The notes under the pieces were generated by a model. The model did not search any database, was not told the origin of the DNA, and worked only from the letters and a program-made list of their open reading frames with translations. From NCBI GenBank assembly GCA_030726725.1, contig JANRDC010000006.1:4171-68170 (forward strand): a stretch of DNA of 64,000 bases, in the 5' to 3' direction. The translations under genes were made by a program, and so were the position numbers. Source of the stretch: Flavobacteriaceae bacterium (lineage in GTDB: Bacteria > Bacteroidota > Bacteroidia > Flavobacteriales > Flavobacteriaceae). Shown piece by piece: positions 9,564 to 18,529 of this stretch (the first letter of the stretch is position 1; the number at the start of each line of letters is the position of its first letter).

Positions 9564-10151
9564 TTAGCTGCGGTAAAAATTCATTCGGTCGATGTAGGTC
9601 CACACCGCTTCTGGTAGGTAGGGCTGTACGCTGTGCCCCTGGGCAATTGCAGCGCGAATAAAACTCGATGAAATTTCGACCACCGGTGCGTCCAACCAAT
9701 GTACGCTCGGGTGGTTTTTGTATTCTGTGGGGAGGCTAGTGGTGTCTAAACGCGGATACACGTATATGGGATAGTGTTCCAAAATAAAAGAGGCGTTGTT
9801 CCACTTGTGGAGGTGGGTCAGGTTGTCCGCCCCCATCAATAGGGAAAAGGTGTATTTGCCGCTGTATTTTTCTTCTAATGCCACCAAGGTATGTGCGGTG
9901 TAGTTGGGTTGAGGCATACCAAATTCTATGGTGGACACCGAAAATTTAGGATAAGGCTCGATGGCTTCTAACAGCAATTGGTGCCTGTGGTGGTTGTCCA
10001 ACAGGGACTGCTTGGTTTTAAACGGACTTTGGGGGGTGACCACAAACCACACTTCATCCATCTGGGTGTATTCCAACCAATGATGGGCCAGGATGAGGTG
10101 TCCGATGTGAACCGGGTTAAAGGTGCCAAAAAACAGTCCGATGTTTTTCAT
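9564..10151 (-). CDS. nadD: nicotinate-nucleotide adenylyltransferase
   Basis: 195-aa ORF with the N-terminal GLFFGTFNPVHIGH nucleotidyltransferase motif and C-terminal ISSSFIR. Confidence 0.9.
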   Translation of the reverse strand: MKNIGLFFGTFNPVHIGHLILAHHWLEYTQMDEVWFVVTPQSPFKTKQSLLDNHHRHQLLLEAIEPYPKFSVSTIEFGMPQPNYTAHTLVALEEKYSGKYTFSLLMGADNLTHLHKWNNASFILEHYPIYVYPRLDTTSLPTEYKNHPSVHWLDAPVVEISSSFIRAAIAQGHSVQPYLPEAVWTYIDRMNFYRS

Positions 10152-10160
10152 CGCATGGGG

Positions 10161-10736
10161 TTATTGATCCAGGAATTGACGCACCAAAGCTACAGCCTCT
10201 TTTTTGGCGGTTTCCAGGTCGTCATTGCGCAGAATAAGGTCAAACTGCGGAGCCGTTGCCAGCTCAACAGAGGCCTTGGCGATGCGCATATTTATTTTTT
10301 CCTCGGGTTCGGTACTGCGCTCTTTGAGTCTTCGTTTGAGCTCATCCACACTGGGCGGCTTGACAAATACAGCCAGGGTGCGCTCGGGAAATTTCTTTTT
10401 GATCCTCAATCCTCCAGCTACATCGATATCAAAGATCACGTGCTTTCCTTGGGCCCAAAGGCGTTCTACCTCTGACTTTAGGGTGCCGTAAAAGTGGTCC
10501 CGGTACACTTCTTCCCACTCGATAAAGTCTTCGTTTTTGATGTGTTGTTTGAACTCCTCGGCGGTTTTGTAGTAGTAGTGCACCCCTTCTTGTTCATCGC
10601 CTCGGGGCGCTCTTGAAGTGGCGGACACCGAAAACGCCAGGTTGAGCTCATCTTGAGCCAATAGGTGGCGGACCAAGGTAGTTTTACCACTGCCGGAGGG
10701 GGCGGAAAAAATAATCAGTTTGCCTTCAAATGCCAT
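10161..10736 (-). CDS. gmk: guanylate kinase
   Basis: 191-aa ORF with P-loop SAPSGSGKTTL and an SATSRAPRGDEQEGVHYYY guanylate kinase signature. Confidence 0.95.
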   Translation of the reverse strand: MAFEGKLIIFSAPSGSGKTTLVRHLLAQDELNLAFSVSATSRAPRGDEQEGVHYYYKTAEEFKQHIKNEDFIEWEEVYRDHFYGTLKSEVERLWAQGKHVIFDIDVAGGLRIKKKFPERTLAVFVKPPSVDELKRRLKERSTEPEEKINMRIAKASVELATAPQFDLILRNDDLETAKKEAVALVRQFLDQ

Positions 10737-11596
10737 TAGAGCGCGTTGAGTAGTTGTTCTTTTATTTTTTCCAGTTCGTCTTTCATCTGCACCACGAGTT
10801 GTTGCATGGGGGCGTAATTGGCTTTGGAACCGGTGGTGTTGATCTCGCGACCTATTTCCTGGGTGATAAAGCCCAGTTTTTTACCGCAGTCAGATTCTTG
10901 GGTCATCGTGGCCTCAAAATAGTCCAAGTGGTTGCCCAGTCGGAGTTTTTCCTCGGCGATATCGTATTTTTCGATGTAGTAAATCAGCTCTTGTTCAAAG
11001 CGGTTTTGGTCGACTTCGGTTTGCAGTGCGGCCAATCCTTTTTCCAAACGCGTTTTTACCCCTTGAACGCGCTCGGGGTCCATGGCGGTGACCTGGTGAA
11101 GCAGGTCGCGTATGATGCCAATGCGCATCCCAAACTCATCGGCCAATACCTGTCCTTCAGTTGAGCGGAAACCGACCAAATCATCCAAGGCACCTTCGAT
11201 CAATTCCTGCACCTGGGCGAGTTCAGCTTCATCCGCTTCGTATTGGGATTGGGTAAGTGTATCCGGTAACCTGAGCGCCATAGCGAGTAGCTCTTGGGGC
11301 GCTGCCCCGGGGGCTAATGCGCCTAGTTGTTCCATATACTGGGTGACCACAGAGGTTTGCACTTGAGCGGAAGGGGCAGCGCCCGTTTTCTCCACATAGA
11401 TGCCGGCGTCGATTTTACCGCGCACCAAGCGGTCAGAAATGCGTTTGCGCCACTCGATTTCCATCGATTTGTAGGCGTTGGGGAGTCTGAGGTTGAGGTC
11501 AATCCCTTTGCTGTTGAGGGATTTGATTTCGACGGATATTTTTTGGCCGCCGTAGTCAATTACGCGTTTGCCATAGCCCGTCATCGATTGTATCAT
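10736..11596 (-). CDS. yicC: YicC-family stress-induced protein
   Basis: 286-aa ORF with the MIQSMTGYG N-terminus and a C-terminal EIGREINTTGSKA motif typical of YicC. It overlaps gmk by 1 nt. Confidence 0.85.
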   Translation of the reverse strand: MIQSMTGYGKRVIDYGGQKISVEIKSLNSKGIDLNLRLPNAYKSMEIEWRKRISDRLVRGKIDAGIYVEKTGAAPSAQVQTSVVTQYMEQLGALAPGAAPQELLAMALRLPDTLTQSQYEADEAELAQVQELIEGALDDLVGFRSTEGQVLADEFGMRIGIIRDLLHQVTAMDPERVQGVKTRLEKGLAALQTEVDQNRFEQELIYYIEKYDIAEEKLRLGNHLDYFEATMTQESDCGKKLGFITQEIGREINTTGSKANYAPMQQLVVQMKDELEKIKEQLLNAL

Positions 11597-11601
11597 GGTG
11601 C

Positions 11602-13209
11602 TTATTTTGGCGCAAAGATAGCAAAATCAGCCCAAGAAGTGGGTTTGTGGGCGAGGATCAAGGCGACCATCGGGTCAGCGCTGCCTCGGATTTTTAAGGC
11701 AGCTGTTTCGCCAAAGCGCTGACCCGCTGCGCTGGCCTTTAAGGCCAGCTCGAGCGCTTCGCGCTCGGGCGCCCCCCAGCTCCACTGCATGCCTTGATTT
11801 TTGAGGTATTGTTCAAAATCATCGATCCACTGTTCAGGGATGTTTGGTTTTTGTCCCCATGTTTGTTCGTTGAGCCCCAGCCAATAACTGCGGTCTTTGT
11901 CCATTTGCTCAAACACAAAGTAGTCGATGAGTCCATACGCCTCCAATTGTTCCACGCCCAAAAGTCCGTCTTCCGCAATAGGCACAAATACGTCGGGGAT
12001 GATACCGCCCCCACCATATACCACCTTCCCTTTGGGTGTTTGATACTTTAGGGAGTCGGCCACCTTGATGCTGTCCATGGATTTTAGTTCCCCCGAGTGA
12101 TAGCGATCCCATAAATCTTCGTAGCCCCCGTTTTTGTAGGGTTTTTGAATCGAACGCCCTGTGGGGGTAAAGTAGTAGGCCGTGGTGAGTCGAATACTGG
12201 AACCATCTCCGAGCGGCATTTCCTGTTGCACCAGTCCCTTGCCAAACGTGCGTCTTCCGATAATTGTGCCCAAATCATTGTCTTGCAGCGCGCCTGCGAT
12301 AATTTCGGCTGCTGAAGCGGTCTGTTCATCGACCAACACATAGACCGGTTTGTTTTCAAACGACCCACCTGAGTTGGCGGTCACTCGCTCTATGGTTTTG
12401 TCTTTGGACTGGGTAGAAACTACCTCGGCTCCTTGGGGTAAAAAGTCATCCACCAATTGAATGGCGGGTTCCATAAACCCTCCTGGATTTCCTCTGAGGT
12501 CGAGTATTAACGATTGAGCGCCTTTCTTTTTTAACCCGGTCAAGGCTGTTTTGAATTCGGTGTAGGTAGTGGCTGCAAATCGATTGACTTTGATGTATCC
12601 CAAGCCTGGGGTCACCATATAGGCCCCATCCACACTGACCAAGGGGATACTCCCTCGTTTTATGGAGGTTTCGAATAAGCTGTCATTGGCCTTGCGGTAA
12701 ACACCCAGGGTCAGTGGACTTCCATCCACACCTTTTAGGGTGCCCACGATTTGATTACTGGTTAAGCCTTTGCCAAAAAGGGTGTCTTGATCTGCCCACA
12801 ATATGCGGTCTCCCGATTTTAATCCCGCCCTGGCGCTCGGACCCCCAGGCACTGTCTTGATCACGGCAATACTGTCTTGGTACACGTAGAAATTGACGCC
12901 GATACCGACAAAGCTTCCTTTCATCTGCTCAGCCGCCGCTTCAGCCACCTCAGCAGGCAAGTACTGGGAGTGGGGATCGAGCTGACCGAGTATGCCCTCT
13001 ATGGTCTGGTCGACAATGGCTTCGGTGTCTACTTGATCCACATAGTAGTTTTCAATCAAGCCCACCAAACGCTTTAATTTTTGCGCCGCTGGACTTTCCT
13101 GTTCCACAGCGTAGTGCGCCCGAGTCCACAAACGGTCCCACCAAATGCCCAGCGCCAATCCAGAGAGGAACAACAGGGCAAAAAAGGCGAGGAGTCTACG
13201 GTAGCGCAT
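11602..13209 (-). CDS. S41-family carboxyl-terminal processing peptidase
   Basis: 535-aa ORF with an N-terminal membrane anchor, a PDZ-like segment (GGPSARAGLKSGDRIL) and an S41 catalytic region (LILDLRGNPGG, TASAAEI). Confidence 0.85.
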   Translation of the reverse strand: MRYRRLLAFFALLFLSGLALGIWWDRLWTRAHYAVEQESPAAQKLKRLVGLIENYYVDQVDTEAIVDQTIEGILGQLDPHSQYLPAEVAEAAAEQMKGSFVGIGVNFYVYQDSIAVIKTVPGGPSARAGLKSGDRILWADQDTLFGKGLTSNQIVGTLKGVDGSPLTLGVYRKANDSLFETSIKRGSIPLVSVDGAYMVTPGLGYIKVNRFAATTYTEFKTALTGLKKKGAQSLILDLRGNPGGFMEPAIQLVDDFLPQGAEVVSTQSKDKTIERVTANSGGSFENKPVYVLVDEQTASAAEIIAGALQDNDLGTIIGRRTFGKGLVQQEMPLGDGSSIRLTTAYYFTPTGRSIQKPYKNGGYEDLWDRYHSGELKSMDSIKVADSLKYQTPKGKVVYGGGGIIPDVFVPIAEDGLLGVEQLEAYGLIDYFVFEQMDKDRSYWLGLNEQTWGQKPNIPEQWIDDFEQYLKNQGMQWSWGAPEREALELALKASAAGQRFGETAALKIRGSADPMVALILAHKPTSWADFAIFAPK

Positions 13210-13224
13210 CAGGATATGGCAGGT

Positions 13225-13674
13225 CTAAGGTACAGGTTCAAAAGGGAGGCATTCAAGTTCAACCCCGGCTTTGTCCAAAAATTCCAGCCCAGTGGTGTCC
13301 TTATAGGTGGTGGCGTACACCACCCGTTTGATCCCTGATTGATGGATTAATTTAGCGCATTCTTTACAGGGCGACATGGTGATGTACAGCGTGGCTTCTC
13401 TGCAGGACTGGGTGGAAGCAGCGACTTTTAGGATGGCATTGGCCTCAGCGTGCAGGACATACCACTTGGTGTATCCCTGCTCATCCTCACAAAAGTTTTC
13501 AAAACCAGTGGGCGTGCCGTTGTATCCGTCGGAGATGATCATGCGGTTTTTGACGATGATTGCCCCGACTTGACGGCGCTCACAGTAGGAGAGCGACCCC
13601 CATTCTCTGGCCATTCTGAGGTAAGCCAGGTCGTATTTTCTTTGTTTTTCCGTGGGTTTTTCCATGTTATTCAA
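13225..13674 (-). CDS. dCMP deaminase (ComEB-type cytidine/deoxycytidylate deaminase)
   Basis: 149-aa ORF with zinc motifs HAEANAI and PCKECAK. Confidence 0.85.
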   Translation of the reverse strand: MNNMEKPTEKQRKYDLAYLRMAREWGSLSYCERRQVGAIIVKNRMIISDGYNGTPTGFENFCEDEQGYTKWYVLHAEANAILKVAASTQSCREATLYITMSPCKECAKLIHQSGIKRVVYATTYKDTTGLEFLDKAGVELECLPFEPVP

Positions 13675-14293
13675 GGCCCAATAGCGCCAATAGTGTATTC
13701 CATTGGAGGGGTAGGGTGAGCAACCCCACCAATAGGGATCCTCCCCAAATATAGGTTGATTTGCTCAGTTTAAAGGCTTGCGATAGGGACCATCCCAAGA
13801 GCAGTACGGCTGCGATCACTGTGATTTGCGCTACCTCGAGTCCAGCGGCAAAGGCCACCAGAGGCCCCACCTGACTTTTTTCAGCCCCCATGAGCATTTT
13901 GAAATAGTTGGAAAAGCCAAAACCGTGAATCAACCCAAACAACAGGGTCGCACCCAGGTGCAGGGTCCAATTTCCTTGGGGTGTTTCTTTTTTGGCTTGG
14001 GACATATTGAATCCCAACATCAGTAAAATACTCAGGGGGATCAAAAATTCCACCCAAGTAGTGTTGACTTCAACGATCTGGTAGACAGAGAGCGCCAAAG
14101 CGGTGCAGTGGGTCAGGGTAAAAGCGGTGGCTAGCCAGACCACCCTGAGGCGGTGGGACAAAGAAAAGGGTATGGCCAATGCGGCCAAAAACAACACATG
14201 ATCGTAAGCACCGGGGTCCAGGACATGGGCGATGCCCAATTCTAGGTAGAATAAAAAGGTATCCATGAGCGTGTCAAAGTCATAAAAATACAA
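13667..14293 (-). CDS. HupE/UreJ-family membrane protein
   Basis: 208-aa polytopic ORF with GIAHVLDPGAYDHVLFL near the N-terminus, as in the HupE/UreJ_2 family. The true start could be the Met at 14266. It overlaps the deaminase gene by 8 nt. Confidence 0.65.
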   Translation of the reverse strand: MYFYDFDTLMDTFLFYLELGIAHVLDPGAYDHVLFLAALAIPFSLSHRLRVVWLATAFTLTHCTALALSVYQIVEVNTTWVEFLIPLSILLMLGFNMSQAKKETPQGNWTLHLGATLLFGLIHGFGFSNYFKMLMGAEKSQVGPLVAFAAGLEVAQITVIAAVLLLGWSLSQAFKLSKSTYIWGGSLLVGLLTLPLQWNTLLALLGLE

Positions 14294-14305
14294 AAAGCGG
14301 GGTAT

Positions 14306-15025
14306 TTATAACCCTCTTTCTTTTTGGATCTGTTCGTAGGCTGCTTGTACCTGTTTGAATTTTTCTTCAGCTCCTTTTTTGAGCGCTTCGTCTTGGGTGA
14401 TCACCCGGTCTGGGTGGTATTTTTTGGCCATGTTGCGGTAGGCGTTTTTCACCTCTTGGTCACTAGCGCTTCGCTCGATCTCCAAGATCGCATAGGCGCT
14501 TTCTGTAGAGGCGACAAACATCGCTTTTACAGACCTAAAATCCAGGGTTTTGATCTGAAGTAAGCTCGCAATTTCAGTGATTTTTTCTAGCTCGGCCCCA
14601 GAGATTTGACCATCGGTTTGGGCCAGTCCAAAGAGAAAATGTACCAATTGGAGTTTTACTTCGTAGGGAAGCCTCAGGTTGATTTTGGCGCATACTGACG
14701 ACGCGGTAATGGCGCTTTTATCGATTTCGGTGTTGAATCGGCGAAATAAACTATTGGCCCGTTCTTGCCCATAAGTCTGAACAAAATACCGCTGTACAAA
14801 TTGCATTTCTTGTTCGCTCACTACCCCATCAGATTTCATCACAATCGCGCAGAGCGACAGCAAATGCATCTCAAAGTCTGAAGTGGACATACTTCTGGTG
14901 GTGGCGGTAAAGGTGGTAGAGCCATTTCGGTATGAATCCACGAGCGATCCTAAAAAATAACCCAGAAATGCACCTGGGAGTCGCAAGAAAAACCAGCCCA
15001 ACAGGGCGGCAAGCCATTTAATCAT
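14306..15025 (-). CDS. DjlA-like membrane co-chaperone (TerB-like domain + C-terminal J domain)
   Basis: 239-aa ORF with an N-terminal hydrophobic segment, a central tellurite-resistance-TerB-like region and a C-terminal J domain with HPD (AYRNMAKKYHPDR). Confidence 0.7.
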   Translation of the reverse strand: MIKWLAALLGWFFLRLPGAFLGYFLGSLVDSYRNGSTTFTATTRSMSTSDFEMHLLSLCAIVMKSDGVVSEQEMQFVQRYFVQTYGQERANSLFRRFNTEIDKSAITASSVCAKINLRLPYEVKLQLVHFLFGLAQTDGQISGAELEKITEIASLLQIKTLDFRSVKAMFVASTESAYAILEIERSASDQEVKNAYRNMAKKYHPDRVITQDEALKKGAEEKFKQVQAAYEQIQKERGL

Positions 15026-15800
15026 TGATTTTTATTTTACTGAGCACAGCCTTTTCAGCCGCCTCTATGCGTTCTTGAATGGGCCCTTCAGGGCTTATGG
15101 GGGGGTGAATGTCAAATGTAATGTGGGTGCCTATGCCGTTGGGGAAGGCCCCATATCGCTGCATCTTCCACGATTCGTTGACGGAAATCGGGAGGATCCA
15201 AGCGCTGGGCGCATTTTTTAGCAGGGTTTCCAGGCCAGCAGTTTTAAACGGCTTGGGCGCGCCGTTTTTACTGCGGGTTCCCTCGGGAAAGATCACGGCA
15301 GATCCTTTGTTTTTTTCGATACGCTGACCCAAGCCCGCAATAGCCTCAATCGCTTGACCCGCATTTTTTCGGTCAATCAAGGCGGAACCTCCGTATTTTA
15401 AGTTGAAAGATACCGAGGGGATACCCCGACCCAATTCTTTTTTGGAGACAAACTTGGGTTGTAGCTTCCTCAAATACCAGATCATGGGAATGATGTCGTA
15501 CAAACTCTGGTGGTTAGACACCACCACATAAGGTCGGTCTAGGGGTATTTGGGACCAATCGATATGCAACCGGTAACGGGTCCCCAAAATGCGGGTGTTT
15601 TGGAGCAAAAACCAATTGAGTATGGCTACGCTGATTCTGTGGGGATGATATCCCCCAAGTTTTAGGGCCAACCACTGAATGGGGTGGAAAACAAGCAAGG
15701 TGATCCCAAAAGCCAGGTTGTAGAGCACGCTCAATGGGTAGGCCATCGCTTTGCGCAGCCCGCCTCCTTGACTTTGTGGGGAATGTTTCTGTTTTTTCAT
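15018..15800 (-). CDS. plsC: 1-acyl-sn-glycerol-3-phosphate acyltransferase family protein
   Basis: 260-aa ORF with acyltransferase HX4D (NHQSLYD) and FPEGTRS motifs. Confidence 0.8.
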   Translation of the reverse strand: MKKQKHSPQSQGGGLRKAMAYPLSVLYNLAFGITLLVFHPIQWLALKLGGYHPHRISVAILNWFLLQNTRILGTRYRLHIDWSQIPLDRPYVVVSNHQSLYDIIPMIWYLRKLQPKFVSKKELGRGIPSVSFNLKYGGSALIDRKNAGQAIEAIAGLGQRIEKNKGSAVIFPEGTRSKNGAPKPFKTAGLETLLKNAPSAWILPISVNESWKMQRYGAFPNGIGTHITFDIHPPISPEGPIQERIEAAEKAVLSKIKIND

Positions 15801-15828
15801 AAAAAAACCACAGCGGACTGTGGTTTTT
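15801..15828 (-). terminator. intrinsic terminator after the bacilliredoxin gene
   Basis: Stem CCACAG (15808-15813) / CTGTGG (15818-15823) with a 4-nt loop. On the minus strand it is followed by seven U (complement of A 15801-15807). Confidence 0.6.
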
Positions 15829-15833
15829 GCTGA

Positions 15834-16247
15834 TTAATTGCAGAAGTCGTTATAGGCTTCTTTGAGGTTTTCGGCGATCAAAATAGCTGGACGGCCCTCG
15901 ATGTGGTGACGCTCCAACATATGCACCAAGTCGCCGTCTTTAAACAAGGCGATGCATGGTGAAGATGGAGGAAAAGGCAACATCATCTCGCGGGCAGTAT
16001 CCACCGCTTCAAAATCTACTCCGGCAAATACCGTTACCAAACGATCTGGTGTATGTGGATTGTTGAGGCTCATTTTAGCGCCTGGACGAGCGTTTCCTGC
16101 AGCGCAGCCACAAACAGAATTCACCATCACTAGGGTGGTTCCTTCGGCGTTTAAGGCGTCTTTGACAGCTTGGGCGGTATATAGCTCCTCGAACCCGGCT
16201 TCTACCAAGTCCAATCTCATGGGGCGAACTAATTCTTCTGGATACAT
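15834..16247 (-). CDS. bacilliredoxin (BrxA/BrxB, YphP/YqiW family)
   Basis: The translation from MYPEELVRPMR has the family CGC active site (NSVCGCAAGNARP). I chose the start at 16247, not 16304, because a TATTTTTG -7 box lies at 16268-16275 inside the longer ORF. Confidence 0.8.
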   Translation of the reverse strand: MYPEELVRPMRLDLVEAGFEELYTAQAVKDALNAEGTTLVMVNSVCGCAAGNARPGAKMSLNNPHTPDRLVTVFAGVDFEAVDTAREMMLPFPPSSPCIALFKDGDLVHMLERHHIEGRPAILIAENLKEAYNDFCN

Positions 16248-16267
16248 AATTTTGTTTTTAGGAAGGA

Positions 16268-16275
16268 CAAAAATA
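16268..16275 (-). promoter_or_regulatory. candidate -7 box (TATTTTTG) for the bacilliredoxin gene
   Basis: The reverse complement of CAAAAATA matches TAnnTTTG. It lies 21 nt upstream of the ATG at 16247. Confidence 0.45.
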
Positions 16276-16339
16276 CAAAAAGTATGTGTCTTTTGGGCCG
16301 TCACTTGCTGGATTTGTAGAAGTTGGCTACATTTAGTGA

Positions 16340-17647
16340 ATGCCTCAAAAAGCCCTTAGAAAAAGGATTTTTCAGTCCATGATACTACTCGTGGTGCTCT
16401 CTTCTTTATTGATTGCGGGGATCACCTTTTATCAATACGCGGAACAAGCCAACGACTACAACCAAGTTCGGTTGTTGAGAAAAGAAGACCAGCTCAAAAG
16501 AAGTTTGTTTTACTGGGCAGAACACTACCACCAAACTACAGACCTGTCTGAGGGAAGACCCACCCCAATTCCAGACTCACTGTCCCTTTGGGAAATGTCT
16601 GACATCCACAACTTGGATTTTGAGTTGTACACCCCCAAAGGCAAGTTAGCTCAGGCTTCCTTTACCGGGGATTTTAGACCGATTAAAACCCCTGAATTGG
16701 ATCCGGCCCTATTGGCCAGTATTTACGACTTAGGCCACCAAGTGTTTACGGTAGAAGACCCAGATCCCTATCTGTCCTCGTACAGCGCGTTGGTGGACGC
16801 ACGAGGTCTGCCTTGGTTGATCCTGCACATTCCGTATCAGGACGATTACGGATTTGCCGATAAAGAACTCAGGGAGTTTTTGGTGCGATTGGGCATGGTT
16901 TACCTGCTGCTTTTGGCGGTTGGGGTGGTGTTGGCTTTTGGACTCTCGAGGTACATCACCCGCTCCGTGCAAATGGAACGCGAGCTCGCTTGGCGCGAAA
17001 TGGCCAAACAGGTGGCGCACGAAATCAAGAATCCGTTAACCCCCATGCGCTTAAACGTGCAATTGTTACCCACCCAATTTAAGGACTTATCTCCCCAGGA
17101 GTCAGAAAAACTGGATACACATACACAAGCGATGCTCGAACAGATCGATTTGTTGAGCGAAATCGCCACGGCTTTTGCCCACTATGCACAAATGCCCCAA
17201 GCCAATGCTGAGCGATTTGACTGGGCCGAAGAGACCGAGCAAGCGTGTAAGATTTATCCCCAGCCTTGGATAGAGGTCAAAGGCGCTGTGGTTCCGATTT
17301 TTGTGTCTATGGATCGGTCTCAGTGGACCCGCGTGGTTACCAATTTGTTGAACAACAGCATACAAGCGCTTGCAGAGGTCAATAATCCCCGGATCACCAT
17401 TGAGTTTGCCCAGGAGGGACGCTGGGGGATTTGCCGGTTTTCAGACAACGGCCCAGGTGTGCCCTCCCAACTAGTTCAGCGTATTTTTGAGCCCAGATTT
17501 ACGACCAAATCGAGTGGAATGGGGCTTGGACTTGCGGTGGTGCGCACGGTGATGCAAGCCTATGGAGGGTCCATTGCTTTTGAGCCGAACCCTCATGGAG
17601 GAGCTCAATTTATTTTGAGGCTCCCCAGGGAACAAAAACACACATGA
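16340..17647 (+). CDS. sensor histidine kinase (two TM segments, NtrY-like H box)
   Basis: 435-aa ORF with H box AHEIKNPLTPM, N box LLNNSIQA and G boxes DNGPGV / GMGLGLAV. No response-regulator gene is adjacent. Confidence 0.85.
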   Translation: MPQKALRKRIFQSMILLVVLSSLLIAGITFYQYAEQANDYNQVRLLRKEDQLKRSLFYWAEHYHQTTDLSEGRPTPIPDSLSLWEMSDIHNLDFELYTPKGKLAQASFTGDFRPIKTPELDPALLASIYDLGHQVFTVEDPDPYLSSYSALVDARGLPWLILHIPYQDDYGFADKELREFLVRLGMVYLLLLAVGVVLAFGLSRYITRSVQMERELAWREMAKQVAHEIKNPLTPMRLNVQLLPTQFKDLSPQESEKLDTHTQAMLEQIDLLSEIATAFAHYAQMPQANAERFDWAEETEQACKIYPQPWIEVKGAVVPIFVSMDRSQWTRVVTNLLNNSIQALAEVNNPRITIEFAQEGRWGICRFSDNGPGVPSQLVQRIFEPRFTTKSSGMGLGLAVVRTVMQAYGGSIAFEPNPHGGAQFILRLPREQKHT

Positions 17648-17688
17648 ACATACCTAAATGATTCATCTAGATCGATAGAAAATAAGTT

Positions 17689-18468
17689 ATGGAACAACCC
17701 TTGGTAGTACTGGAACGTCAAGATCGGGTAGCGCTCGTTACCATTAATCGACCAGAAAAGTTAAACGCCCTAAACACAGGTGTCATCGCTGCGCTGGCAA
17801 GCTTGATGGAGGAATTAAACAAAGACACCCACATCAGAGCCATAGTGCTGACCGGAGCTGGCAACAAGGCTTTTGTAGCGGGCGCGGATATATCGGAGTT
17901 CTCCACCTTTAACGCCAAAGAAGGTTATGCCCTGGCCCACCAAGGACAGGAGCAACTTTTTGACCGCATTGCCTTGATGGATAAACCGGTGATTGCCGCC
18001 ATCAATGGTTATGCATTGGGTGGGGGATTAGAGCTGGCGATGGCTTGCCATTTTCGCTACGCCTCCACCAATGCCAAGATGGGACTTCCCGAAGTGACTT
18101 TGGGACTGATACCCGGATACGGAGGGACACAGCGTCTACCTGCCCTAGTGGGCAGTGGCCTAGCATTAGAAATGATGACTTCTGCACAGATGATCGACGC
18201 GGAGAAGGCTTATGCGGCGGGTTTGGTCAATAAAGTAGTCGCCTTGGATGAATTGGTGCCCGCTGCTTGTGCTGTGGGGAAGAAAATAGCTCAAAACGCA
18301 CCTGGTGCCGTGGCGCATGCGCTTCGGGCAGTGCGCGCCGGTGCTGGGGCCCAACCCGGAACGCCAGGATATGAAGTGGAGAAAAAAGCGTTTTCAGCTT
18401 GTTTTGGCACTTCAGAGTTTATCGAAGGCGTTGGGGCCTTTTTGGCCAAACGAACCCCCGATTTTTAA
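17689..18468 (+). CDS. enoyl-CoA hydratase/isomerase family protein
   Basis: 259-aa ORF with crotonase signatures ([34 protein letters not shown]). Confidence 0.9.
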   Translation: MEQPLVVLERQDRVALVTINRPEKLNALNTGVIAALASLMEELNKDTHIRAIVLTGAGNKAFVAGADISEFSTFNAKEGYALAHQGQEQLFDRIALMDKPVIAAINGYALGGGLELAMACHFRYASTNAKMGLPEVTLGLIPGYGGTQRLPALVGSGLALEMMTSAQMIDAEKAYAAGLVNKVVALDELVPAACAVGKKIAQNAPGAVAHALRAVRAGAGAQPGTPGYEVEKKAFSACFGTSEFIEGVGAFLAKRTPDF

Positions 18469-18529
18469 GGCCAATACCCAAAGCGTCAAACATTTTTATA
18501 CCTTCACGAAACACATAAAATCCAACCCG

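Noticed and set aside
13667-15800. The chain of 8-nt gene overlaps (dCMP deaminase/HupE and DjlA-like/PlsC) as a sign of a functional module.
   Set aside because: The products are functionally unrelated housekeeping proteins. Short overlaps are common operon packing and need no special explanation.
18305-18529. The 75-codon N-terminal extension of the listed 1031-aa ORF.
   Set aside because: It overlaps the 3' end of the enoyl-CoA hydratase gene in another frame. A clean signal peptide (MKKSSSWIIALSTATLCSVFA) begins at 18530.
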